From IMG/VR virus record IMGVR_UViG_3300012667_000100, positions 1 through 29,891 of that record: a DNA stretch of 29,891 nucleotides, one strand, 5' to 3'. The DNA is from a virus. Taxonomy: Duplodnaviria > Caudoviricetes. Position numbers and translations under genes: made by a program. How positions within the stretch are numbered: position 1 is the stretch's first letter; every line of letters starts with the position of its first letter. This document shows, one piece after another, positions 1 to 9,000 of the stretch. The notes beneath the pieces were generated by a model. That model had not been told where the DNA came from. It saw only the letters and a list, made by a program, of their open reading frames with translations, and made no database searches.

Positions 1-65
1 GCGACATCTTCTTTGATGCCTTCTACTTGGGCTTCCAATTTGGCTATTCTTTCTGCTTCGATCAT
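1..65 (-). CDS. 5' part of a coiled-coil protein running off the window (MIEAERIAKLEAQVEGIKEDV...), possibly lysis-associated
   Basis: ATG at 65-63 just after the spanin stop; frame is open to the window edge; heptad-like sequence. Not in the ORF track. Confidence 0.55.
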   Translation of the reverse strand, partial: MIEAERIAKLEAQVEGIKEDV

Positions 66-70
66 GACCG

Positions 71-658
71 TCACTTATAGATTCGTTGTTGTTCAACCAA
101 CCATTCTTGCAGCGACTTCAGTTGCTCAGCGTTCTGGTGGCAGGTAGTGTAGTTCTTTGTTACTGTTTCGCCGACTTCAGAGAGTTTAACTCCTGAGGTT
201 TTTTCATTAGTGCTTCCGGAGGTGTCGGGAACTTCTCCCTTTGCGGCACTATCGTGGAGCACGACGAAACCATTAGGCACAGGGCAAGCAGCGTCAGCAT
301 CTTTGCTAACGAGCTGTGGGATTGCTTTGAGTGTTGCATCGCTATTTTCCTTGATGATTCTATCACGTTCAATGTATTTAGTAACCACCTTGACAGAGAC
401 CTGAGCTGACTCAGCCTCACGTTTCGCTGCCTCAATCTTCATCTGAGCAAACTGCCCTTGCCAGTAGTCTTCACGGGCGATGTACCCATTGAACCAAAGT
501 CCAACTACTAAACATAGTATCGACGCAAGACGGATTTGCTTTAGGTACAAACCAACAAAAGGAATGCTACCGAATAGACTGGTGAGTGCTACACCAACGA
601 TGCCACCAAGAAGTAGCAGGTGGAAAATGAAGTTGGGGATGAAATCAAAGAACCACAT
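71..658 (-). CDS. Rz-like inner-membrane spanin (i-spanin)
   Basis: Likely start is MWFFDF at 658. N-terminal hydrophobic segments, then a coiled coil and ACPVPNGFVVLHDSAA...NYTTCHQNAEQL, typical of phage i-spanins. Contains a nested lipoprotein ORF. Confidence 0.7.
   Translation of the reverse strand: MWFFDFIPNFIFHLLLLGGIVGVALTSLFGSIPFVGLYLKQIRLASILCLVVGLWFNGYIAREDYWQGQFAQMKIEAAKREAESAQVSVKVVTKYIERDRIIKENSDATLKAIPQLVSKDADAACPVPNGFVVLHDSAAKGEVPDTSGSTNEKTSGVKLSEVGETVTKNYTTCHQNAEQLKSLQEWLVEQQRIYK
160..339 (-). CDS. Rz1-like outer-membrane lipoprotein spanin (o-spanin), nested in the i-spanin
   Basis: MQHSKQSHSSLAKMLTLLALCLMVSS-C-STIVPQREKFPTPPEALMKKP: signal peptide, lipobox Cys and Pro-rich mature part; AAGGA 8 nt upstream of the ATG at 339. 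Confidence 0.7.
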   Translation of the reverse strand: MQHSKQSHSSLAKMLTLLALCLMVSSCSTIVPQREKFPTPPEALMKKPQELNSLKSAKQ

Positions 659-1136
659 TCTTGAGCTTCTTCTTTCCCCACTTAGAACGTGGCTTGATGA
701 CTGGCTCTTTGACAGAGGCACCAGCAGTGTTGTTTGTAGGAACTTCGCCTTCTTCGGCAAAGAACTTCTTCACTAGAACGTACTCCTCGGCGCACAGTAC
801 ACCTGACTGTTGCATGTCATAGAAGTCTTGTTCAATGTTCTTGTTGTCTCTATCGTTTTCGATAGATTCTTTCACCAGCCAGTATGCAGCTGCGAAAGAG
901 GTAATCTTGTTTTCGCCACCTGGAACTTTTGCCAGAATGCGCTTCAAACGAAAAACCATGCGATGAAGCATGGAGTAGGCGTCCTTCTCTTCGGACGTGC
1001 GGAGATCTTTGAGTGCTTTCATGGCGTTGCCATTCTCATCAATGATTCCCAGCTTGTAGGCTGACGACTCAGTGAAGTTCATGGTCAATAGACGCAGCAG
1101 TCTAAATGCGATCAGGTTGTCTACGATTTGACTCAT
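645..1136 (-). CDS. Hypothetical protein of T4-like phage late region
   Basis: 163 aa ORF with a 4-nt ATGA overlap with the upstream gene; AYKLGIIDENG motif recalled from large T4-like phages. Confidence 0.75.
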   Translation of the reverse strand: MSQIVDNLIAFRLLRLLTMNFTESSAYKLGIIDENGNAMKALKDLRTSEEKDAYSMLHRMVFRLKRILAKVPGGENKITSFAAAYWLVKESIENDRDNKNIEQDFYDMQQSGVLCAEEYVLVKKFFAEEGEVPTNNTAGASVKEPVIKPRSKWGKKKLKNVVL

Positions 1137-1498
1137 ATGCCTCTTAGTCTCTTGATAACACCTTCGTCCAACGTGATATCGGACAGGATAATGTTTTCCA
1201 TAACGGCTGGCATTCTATTCAGGTACACCAAGAAGGTTGTCAGAACAGACCAGCTCTCTCTATCTATCTTGTGGAACAGCATCTTAGTTGTCCCTTTGCC
1301 AAACACATTATAAAGAATGATGATATGATTGATAATCAAATTCTCTCTCAAGTCATCATTCTCTCTGTATCTAGTGAACAGTTTCTTAACGTACTGAAAT
1401 CTCTTCAGGTCTTCTTCAAACTCCCCAATGCTTGTACATTGGGGGTTGTCGTAGTTATGCATTGCAAACTGCAGAAAATCAGCATCATTATGAAACAT
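1133..1498 (-). CDS. Conserved hypothetical protein of large T4-like phages
   Basis: 121 aa; F.MHNYDNPQC...EF.EDL.RF.Y.K.LF...L..NH.I...NVFG pattern; tightly packed in the operon. Confidence 0.8.
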   Translation of the reverse strand: MFHNDADFLQFAMHNYDNPQCTSIGEFEEDLKRFQYVKKLFTRYRENDDLRENLIINHIIILYNVFGKGTTKMLFHKIDRESWSVLTTFLVYLNRMPAVMENIILSDITLDEGVIKRLRGI

Positions 1499-1507
1499 AG
1501 AACCTTA

Positions 1508-2491
1508 TTAGGTTGTGATTGTCACGTCGTTGTTTGACACGCCGATACAAGCCCACTTACCCTGTGTAAACATCAGAGTACATGTGCGACCAACGGACAC
1601 ACCACCAGTACCCAACTGGATCTTCGAGTTGAACCAACGGTTCACTGGAGCGATCTTAGGGTTACCAGCACCGTTCGATGATGTACATACGAATGTCTTA
1701 ACTTGACCTTCAGTGCCGTCAGGAACTGTGATGTCGAAGTCAGCTGCAGCGTTCTTCTGGAAGAAGGACACAGCCACTGGCATTTCAGCTGAAGTGATGG
1801 TGTAAGCACCAGTCAACACAGCGTTGTTGCTCAACGAGTTGTATGCATCAAGACGTAGGTATGCGTTTGTACCAGTTGCCGTAACACCTGAAGCACCACC
1901 AACACCAGTAGGTGATTGGATATGCATGATACCACCGATCAAGTTGGTGTTATCATCGTTGGTACCAGTTGAACGGTTCACGCGTAGACGACCTGCCATT
2001 GTGTATTGGCTTGTCGAAGTAGCGGTGATGTTACCAGTAGACAACATGTCGCCGTTTGACTTCACGCCAAACTTCTCAACACCACCAACCTTCAACGAAG
2101 CTACGCGAGTAGATACGTTGCTGTTTGAAGCAGCGTCAGTTGCGTTAACAACGAACGATTCAAACACAGAGGTAGCGTCAGACCAAGAGTCACGAATGTC
2201 AAGTTTGGCAGACGGAGATGCGGTACCAATACCAACCAAGTTAGTCGATGCGTTTGCGAACAGCAAGTATGTCTGGTCGCCACGAGCAGCCGATGAAACT
2301 GGGCTCACGTAGAAGTTAGAAGCAATACGTTGTTGGTTAACAATGAATGACGAACCTGTTTGTGTGTTCAGGTTAGCCAACAGTGTTGACAACTGTAGCT
2401 TCTTATTTGTACCACCCTGTACAACCAACAGCAACTCGGTGCCGTCGATCGTAGTGGTGGTATTAAGTTCGGAGATCTTTTTATCTGCCAT
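1508..2491 (-). CDS. Tail fibre-like virion structural protein
   Basis: MADKKISEL N-terminus, VGIGTASPSAKLDI fibre-type repeat, Thr/Gly/Ser-rich; AGGA RBS. Confidence 0.7.
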   Translation of the reverse strand: MADKKISELNTTTTIDGTELLLVVQGGTNKKLQLSTLLANLNTQTGSSFIVNQQRIASNFYVSPVSSAARGDQTYLLFANASTNLVGIGTASPSAKLDIRDSWSDATSVFESFVVNATDAASNSNVSTRVASLKVGGVEKFGVKSNGDMLSTGNITATSTSQYTMAGRLRVNRSTGTNDDNTNLIGGIMHIQSPTGVGGASGVTATGTNAYLRLDAYNSLSNNAVLTGAYTITSAEMPVAVSFFQKNAAADFDITVPDGTEGQVKTFVCTSSNGAGNPKIAPVNRWFNSKIQLGTGGVSVGRTCTLMFTQGKWACIGVSNNDVTITT

Positions 2492-2512
2492 TTCCTATAC
2501 CATCCTTTAAAA

Positions 2513-3496
2513 TTAAGCGTCTGGGTATTGTGCGTCGTCAGCTGCGTCGCCAGTTACCAGTGTGCGACCAGCAACCAAAGTTTCTTGCTGAACACGACCA
2601 GCGCGACCACCAGTACCAACAGTGCGCAAGATCCATCCTGGGTTTGTCACCGAAGCTGGAGTACCTGAACCCAATTGAGCCAATAGCACAGCAGCGCCAG
2701 AGGTCAATGTTAGAGTATGAGCAGCACCAACACCATCAGTCAAGTCCAAAGTCACTGGGGATTCTGCAGTTGCATCAGCCAATGAGTCAGCCAGCTTGAA
2801 AGTATTTGCGCCAGTCTTAACGATGTAGTATGTACCACCGTCAGTCAGACCACCGATAGCAGTGCCACCGCCGTCAGCGTAAACAACTTCGTCGCCAGTT
2901 TCGAACAGGTGACCAGTGTAAGTCAGAACTTCAGTTGTGTCATCCAAAGCAGTAGCTGCGTTGAAAGTGATGAACGGAGCACCAACAGCAACAGCTGGAT
3001 CGGCAGTGTAACCTGAACCGTTCTCAGTGATTGTCACCGATGTAACTGCACCACCAGAGATAGCAACAGTTGCGGTGCCAGTTGTACCTGATGCTGGAGC
3101 ATCGATAGTAACAGCTGGAGCTTCTTTGTACTTAGTACCACCAGATTGAATACCGATTTCAACGATATCATCGCCACCAGCATGAACTTCAGTTGCGTCA
3201 ATACCATAGGTACCACGCTTCTCTGTTGTGTTCAAGAACTTAGGTGTTTGTTGAATCTTAACACTACCAACCACAACAGTAGCTGTTGAGCCTTCGTATA
3301 CAGATGCCAGTTCCAACTCAGTGGCAGACACCACATTCAGAACCTTGTATTTGACGCCATCGATGATCAATGTATCGCCGTTTTTAACTTGTGTATCAAA
3401 CGCAGTGCCTGTACCTGTTACAGTTGCATCAGCGTTGGTTACGTCGATGCTAGTGCCAGTTACGGCAAGAGCGTCTTGTTTTCCCCAAAGTGACAT
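2513..3496 (-). CDS. Virion structural protein (beta-rich, Thr/Gly/Ala-rich)
   Basis: MSLWG start and C-terminal GWILRTVGTGGRAGRVQQETLVA; AAGGAGA RBS; CTAAATA motif upstream. Confidence 0.75.
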   Translation of the reverse strand: MSLWGKQDALAVTGTSIDVTNADATVTGTGTAFDTQVKNGDTLIIDGVKYKVLNVVSATELELASVYEGSTATVVVGSVKIQQTPKFLNTTEKRGTYGIDATEVHAGGDDIVEIGIQSGGTKYKEAPAVTIDAPASGTTGTATVAISGGAVTSVTITENGSGYTADPAVAVGAPFITFNAATALDDTTEVLTYTGHLFETGDEVVYADGGGTAIGGLTDGGTYYIVKTGANTFKLADSLADATAESPVTLDLTDGVGAAHTLTLTSGAAVLLAQLGSGTPASVTNPGWILRTVGTGGRAGRVQQETLVAGRTLVTGDAADDAQYPDA

Positions 3497-3518
3497 GTTT
3501 TTCTCCTTGTTATATGTC

Positions 3519-3525
3519 TATTTAG
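3519..3525 (-). promoter_or_regulatory. Putative T4-type late promoter (CTAAATA)
   Basis: Variant of TATAAATA; recurs just upstream of gene starts at 9248-9254 and 13429-13435. Confidence 0.55.
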
Positions 3526-5192
3526 CGGCGACCTGGAAGGTGCAACGCATATCCTGTGTAATCAACACCGTCCTGAGACTTCGGTGCTGACCCCTTCTGT
3601 CTAGCTCCAGATGCAGAGCCTTTTGGTCGACCGCGACCACGTTTTTCTGTAGATTCTGGTGCGTCGCCTTCTTTTTCGGCTTTCTCGTAGTCACGTTCGT
3701 GCTTTACGCCAGTACCAGTTACTGTTTGTGTGCCCTTGGCGCCAGCTTTCTTGTCGCCTACTTTGCCACGGCTTGTCTCTGGGAACTTAGCTTTGTACTC
3801 TGGAGTACCTGGCCAAGCACCTTCTGCCAAACCTTCTTCAAGGAATGCCTTGAAAGACATGGTGTTTTCTTGTTCGTTCATTTGTGTTTCCTCATTTGAA
3901 AGTTTTGCTGCGATAGCCATTTCGCGACGCTTCTCCGCAGACTTACCTTTGAATTGTGGAGCGTCAGACTTCTTGAAATCTTTGATGACATCACCCATAG
4001 AGGCTTTGTCCATGTTTAGTTTTTCGTCAAGTGTTTCTTCCTTAACTGGAACGCAGTTAGGAACTTTCTTGCCGTTCTTATCTTTCATACCAACTGCGGT
4101 ATAGCCTTTCCAGCATGCGCCTTCTAGACCATCTTTGGCTTCCTTGACTTGTTTAGCCTCACGCTCTTTCTTTTCGCGAGCTAGACGTTCTTGCTTAGCA
4201 GCAGCGCCCATTCTCTTCAAGAAAGATGGTTTGTTGTAGTATGGTGTGGTTGCTTCGTTCAAGTGACCCTGAACTTTGAACTTGTGTAGCTTACCATCGC
4301 CGATCTCTTTATCAGAGTGGGCTTGGATATGCACGTTCTTGCCATCGTTCTTAACGACCTTACCTTGCATCTTGTCGCCAGTCTTGCTTGCGTAGAAGTC
4401 AACGTGTTGACCAGATACTTTATGGATGTCCATCTTAGCGTGGTCAGGGTGCATCAAACCTTGAGAAGCATACTCGCGACCGTTGATACGGGCTTCGTCG
4501 ATTTGCTCAGCTTCTTCTTTAGCCAAACGAGAAATTGCTTTTGGTAAACCTTCACGACGATTCTTACGGCGCTGAAGTGCCTCATCATCTGAGCCTCCAG
4601 CATGACTTTTAGTTACACCTACAAGATACGAATTAGTCGACAAGTCTTTTGTCGCTTTTGTAGCATAACTTGCTAGAGTAGACTTCTTCAACTCGTCGAT
4701 TTGTTCAGCTTCTTCTTTCTTCAAAGAAACAACGTTACCCTTTGTTGCCTTCTGAGTTGGCATCTTGAACGCACGGCGAGCTGGACCAAGATCGTCTTTC
4801 CACTGCAGCTTGCCTTTTGGATCTCTGTCGAACAGAGGCTGGTGACCACCGAGGATAAAGGTATGGTCGCCGTTGGCGTGGTGAAGTGTAACACCGTTGT
4901 GTTGGTAGCTGATCTTGTCATCTTTGGCAGCAACGTGCTTCAAAGCCCATGCGTTTTCAACGTCATCTTTTCCGATTTCACGTGGAGCTTCAGCCTTCTT
5001 CTTTCCGAAGGGCACAACTGCTTCTTCGATCTCGACTTCTTCTTCGACCTTCTTGCCAACGTTCTTCTTGAAGTCTTTGTATTTCTTCTTGGCTTTCTCA
5101 ACCTTAGCAGCCAGCTCAGGATCGCCTTTCAGCATCCAGCCTGGACCCATGTTGTGCTCGGGCTTTTTGCCTTCTTCTAGTTTGTCCGTCAT
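3522..5192 (-). CDS. Modular Lys/Glu-rich putative internal head polyprotein with C-terminal AT-hook
   Basis: Likely start MTDKLEE at 5192 (ATGA overlap with the dps stop). Modules separated by EEVEIEE, KEEAEQIDE (x2), HLNE, QVKE, KEETLDE; KRGRGRPKG near the C-terminus. Confidence 0.7.
   Translation of the reverse strand: MTDKLEEGKKPEHNMGPGWMLKGDPELAAKVEKAKKKYKDFKKNVGKKVEEEVEIEEAVVPFGKKKAEAPREIGKDDVENAWALKHVAAKDDKISYQHNGVTLHHANGDHTFILGGHQPLFDRDPKGKLQWKDDLGPARRAFKMPTQKATKGNVVSLKKEEAEQIDELKKSTLASYATKATKDLSTNSYLVGVTKSHAGGSDDEALQRRKNRREGLPKAISRLAKEEAEQIDEARINGREYASQGLMHPDHAKMDIHKVSGQHVDFYASKTGDKMQGKVVKNDGKNVHIQAHSDKEIGDGKLHKFKVQGHLNEATTPYYNKPSFLKRMGAAAKQERLAREKKEREAKQVKEAKDGLEGACWKGYTAVGMKDKNGKKVPNCVPVKEETLDEKLNMDKASMGDVIKDFKKSDAPQFKGKSAEKRREMAIAAKLSNEETQMNEQENTMSFKAFLEEGLAEGAWPGTPEYKAKFPETSRGKVGDKKAGAKGTQTVTGTGVKHERDYEKAEKEGDAPESTEKRGRGRPKGSASGARQKGSAPKSQDGVDYTGYALHLPGRR
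4495..4718. repeat. 26-bp direct repeat (1 mismatch) encoding the KEEAEQIDE linker
   Basis: tcgtcgatttgctcagcttcttcttt (4495-4520) vs tcgtcgatttgttcagcttcttcttt (4693-4718). Confidence 0.9.
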
Positions 5193-5623
5193 TTTAGAGT
5201 GCTCCTTAGCATCCAACCGTGTTTTTCGTGGGCGTCGATTCTACCAGCGATAAAATCAGCCAATCCTTGTTTATTTAGTTCGTTGGCAAGTTTGAATGTT
5301 TCGTTCAAAGAAGCCAGCAAGATGTCGTTTGCTTCAAGCAAATCACGTGTCATCTCGATTGGGCTTGTCGATTCAACACTACCACGGATAGTGCGAACTG
5401 CATCAAGCTGCTCCATTGTGAATGGAGCATACGAACCCATGGCACGGATTTCTTCAGCCAATGGATCGATGGCTCCTTGGACATCTTCATAGATGGATCC
5501 AAAGAAGCTATGGAACTGGGAGAACAGGATGCCCTCCACATTCCAGTGGTATCCCTGCGCCTTCATATAGAAGGCGAAGTTGTTGGCATGGGTAGCCTTC
5601 AATGAATCAATCAATTGATCCAT
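5189..5623 (-). CDS. dps: Dps / ferritin-like DNA protection protein
   Basis: YHWNVEG..FSQFH.FF..IY...D.LAE.IR ferroxidase signature and C-terminal EKHGWML. Confidence 0.9.
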   Translation of the reverse strand: MDQLIDSLKATHANNFAFYMKAQGYHWNVEGILFSQFHSFFGSIYEDVQGAIDPLAEEIRAMGSYAPFTMEQLDAVRTIRGSVESTSPIEMTRDLLEANDILLASLNETFKLANELNKQGLADFIAGRIDAHEKHGWMLRSTLK

Positions 5624-6039
5624 TATTCACCCACAGCAGCTGGGTTATCGCCACCACCGAATTGAGCTTCTTCCATTGGAGTATTGAAGCCTGCAATCTT
5701 ACTCAGAACCAACATGATTGTACCTGCGCCAGCGAAGGTCACAACGATGTCCTTACTGTTCTGGTCAGCTAGAACCCATTCAGCTTCAGCGTTATTGCCA
5801 CCACCATGTAGGTCAGCGATCAATGCGCCGTTACGTTCGATCTTAACGCTGCTGCTGGTTGTCCAGAAGTAGTCAGCGATATTAACCAACTGAGAGTCAG
5901 CGCCAGCTACCAATGTTTCATTGGTCATCTTGCAATCTGTCTGAAGGTCAATGGTCGCTGTATCAGCTGCAGTTGTTGCAGTGATGCGGACGATAACCTT
6001 GTTGGTTGTCTTTTTAAGTACAGTTTTTACTGCTGCCAT
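5623..6039 (-). CDS. Hypothetical protein, probably virion-associated
   Basis: 138 aa beta-rich ORF with GGAG RBS, in the late operon. Confidence 0.7.
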   Translation of the reverse strand: MAAVKTVLKKTTNKVIVRITATTAADTATIDLQTDCKMTNETLVAGADSQLVNIADYFWTTSSSVKIERNGALIADLHGGGNNAEAEWVLADQNSKDIVVTFAGAGTIMLVLSKIAGFNTPMEEAQFGGGDNPAAVGE

Positions 6040-6050
6040 TTAAGTTCTCC

Positions 6051-9000
6051 TTACTTTGTTTTTCTTTGCAGACGAGTCTTCTCGATCTGACGGATTTTCG
6101 GTGCGATACGCTTTGCCAAACGGGTGATCAAATCTTTACGCTTGCTCACAAAGTTCTCAAGACGTTCTTTTTCCTGTACTGACAACTTGTCCAGTGGCTT
6201 ACGAGCCAGACGCTGCTTCATCATTTGAACAGCATGGCGACGAGCACGTGAGTTGATTGTGGTACTGTTGGACATACGCTTCAGAGCAATCTCTTTGCGA
6301 CGCTCACGCTTTGCCTCAGTACGCTTGAAACGAATGCCACGCTTGATACGTTCTTGACGACCAATAGCTTCGTTGACTTCTTCTTTCTCATCTTCGTCAG
6401 CGTCTTCTGTCTCATCGTCATCATTGTCGATGAACTCGCTGTCATCATACAGATGCATGATGTGTTCAGGTTCAGAGATTTTCTCAATATCGTCGTTGAA
6501 AGATTCTTCGTCATCTTCCATGCCGTCAAGGTTCTTCTCAGTCACTTCTTCGTGCATCTTGTGATATGCCTTACGACGACGTAGGCTCTCGTCACCAGAG
6601 TAGCTGTGACCTGATTGAGTGTGTGGTTCTTTGGCATCAGCAGTTGCCGATGGCTTGTCCATCATTGAGGACATAACTGGGTCGGCTTGAGCAGCTGTCT
6701 CTGGCTTCAACTTGACTTTCTTGCCAGAGTTCATTGCCAATGACTGCTTGAAGTCATTGTAGTTCATGATGCCACCAGAGCCATTGAAACCAGCTTTGGC
6801 TTCAGAAACGGTTTCTTCGTTGGTCTTTTTCTTTGCGCCTTCAAGATCACGTGTACCGTGAACTTCAACGCTGTCGTTTTTCTCAGCCCAATCGTTCAGG
6901 TGATCATGGCTCTTGAATGTCTTGCGCCATGGAGTGCCCTTAGTGCCCTTGATGCCGTGAGCTTCAATGGTATGACCAGCTGCTTCATCAATCTGAACTT
7001 CTTCTTTCAAGTTCATTGCTTTTTCGTGGTGCTCGTCAGACTTCTGAGCGTGACGATCAGCTTCGCCATGACGACCCTTCTCGGCATGCCATTGAGACAT
7101 GTTATCGTGGTGGTCAGCCATATGCATATGATAGTCGAATGGGCGAGCTTGACCTTTTGCTAGTTCAGCGTTGTGTTTACTTTTCTCTGCCTTCTCGTAG
7201 GCGCTTTCGCTGATTGTTTCTTCGGCGATGCGAGAGCGGTTGATACGTTCAATGTCGCCCTTGACTTTCTTAGTGTCGTTACCGAACTTCTTGTGGTGAG
7301 CATGAACAGCGTTCAAGTAAGATAGACGCTTACGGACTTCGTCCTTACCACCTGTAACTGAACCCTTGTCCATAGATTGAACACGTTTCCATGAGTCAGT
7401 CATTGACTCTTCGATAGTTTCAACTTCTTCTTTGAAGTGAGCGATGGCAGTTGCCTTCTTACCGTTGGCTGTTAGAGTTTCCGCAGCCTTGTGTGCTTGG
7501 TGACCATTGTCGAATTTCTTCCATGGCTTACCGTCAATATGCACAGTGTGAGGACGGTCCATCATAGACTTAGCTTTGAACTTTGGCTTACCATAGCCTT
7601 CGTCGTCTTCGCGCTTCTTCTTCGCGAAGCCAGTGCGGTTGTCATCGTAGCTTTCGTTTGTGTTCTTTTGGTACTCAGCTTCGCTTGGGTTGAACACAAT
7701 CTTGTGAGCTGGGATCTTACGACCCTTCTTGTCCAACTTGGTGTCAGAAGTGGCGATCTCTTCGGCAGCTTCAGCCACTGTGTCTTGAGCCTTCTGAGGC
7801 AACAACTTAGCGTCATACTCAATACCAGCATCAGTTGCTGTTTGAAGCATCTTCTTGACAATCTCCAGATACTCAGGGCGCATTGGCTTCTTACGAATAA
7901 CACGTAGACCTGCGTTCACCAGTTGAGTTGGAGATGATGACTTCTCAACGTCAGCAACACCCAAAGTGGTGGCAATGATACGTGCGACTTTGATTTTGTC
8001 TGATGACATGAACTTCATTTCTAGTAGCTCCCCTGCTGGAATGTATGACTCTTGACCTTGTTCGTCAGTGTCTGTGTGGTATTGTGTGGCGATTCTTTCC
8101 ATGTCATGAACAGTGCCGTTCATGTAGTCTGCGTGGTGATTGAGTTCGCCGATCTTTGAAAGAGCTTCGCCAGCTTTCTTGAATTGTGCAAAGAACTCTG
8201 CGTTCTCTGAGCGTGTCATCTTGTCAGTGTTGATTGCCTTCACATGAATCTTCATGTACGCATCGGTTGCCTTCAAAGCAATGAGCGTGGCAACTGGGTC
8301 AAGTTGTTTAGCGATAGTGTGTTGGAATGCATCGACAGCCTCTGTCTGATGCTTGATGTTCTTTGCCACGAAACCCTTATATGAGATTTCGTTGGTGATG
8401 ATATCTTCAGGTGTATAGTCCTCAACCTGAACGACTCTAACATCGGTGAGCCATTTCTTTGAGATGTTACCAGAGCTGTCAACCACGGATAGGTAGTTGG
8501 CGCCACGGTCAAGAATCTCGAACTGTTGTCCAGCTGACTCAACAAATTGACCCACTAAGAAGATGTCGCCCTTGTGGTACATCTCACGTAGCAGGTCAGT
8601 TTCGAATTTTACATCTTCTTTGATGGCTTCCATTCCAAGACCAGTGCGAATATCGTTCATCAAACGACGAGCATCGGCAGTGGTAAGGGTGGATGGAAGA
8701 CCTGTTTTGAATGTAGAGAAGTCGCCCTTCTTGGCTAGTTCTCTCATCTTGGTGCCAGACATACCTGATGCGTCATCGGCATCTGGGTCTCGTTCACCAG
8801 CAGAAACCACCTGAATGGTTTCGAAATTGAATTCTTTGCCGTTGTAGCCATTGAGGATTCGCTCGTACTCGGCAATTCTATCCGAGCCAGCGATCATGAC
8901 CAACTGCTTATACTTCTTGTTCAGAGCCTTTGCGACTTCAATGAACGTGCGAGTATCGTCCCCTGCGCCCATGATATTGGCTGTAGGGAACATGCGACGA

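Noticed and set aside
160-200. Programmed frameshift joining the o-spanin to the i-spanin C-terminus
   Set aside because: The nested Rz/Rz1 arrangement explains both frames. An A6 run exists at 199-204 but nothing else supports a shift.
659-760. N-terminal extension of the spanin ORF as given in the track
   Set aside because: Overlaps the upstream gene by more than 100 nt; MWFFDF at 658 is the more plausible start.
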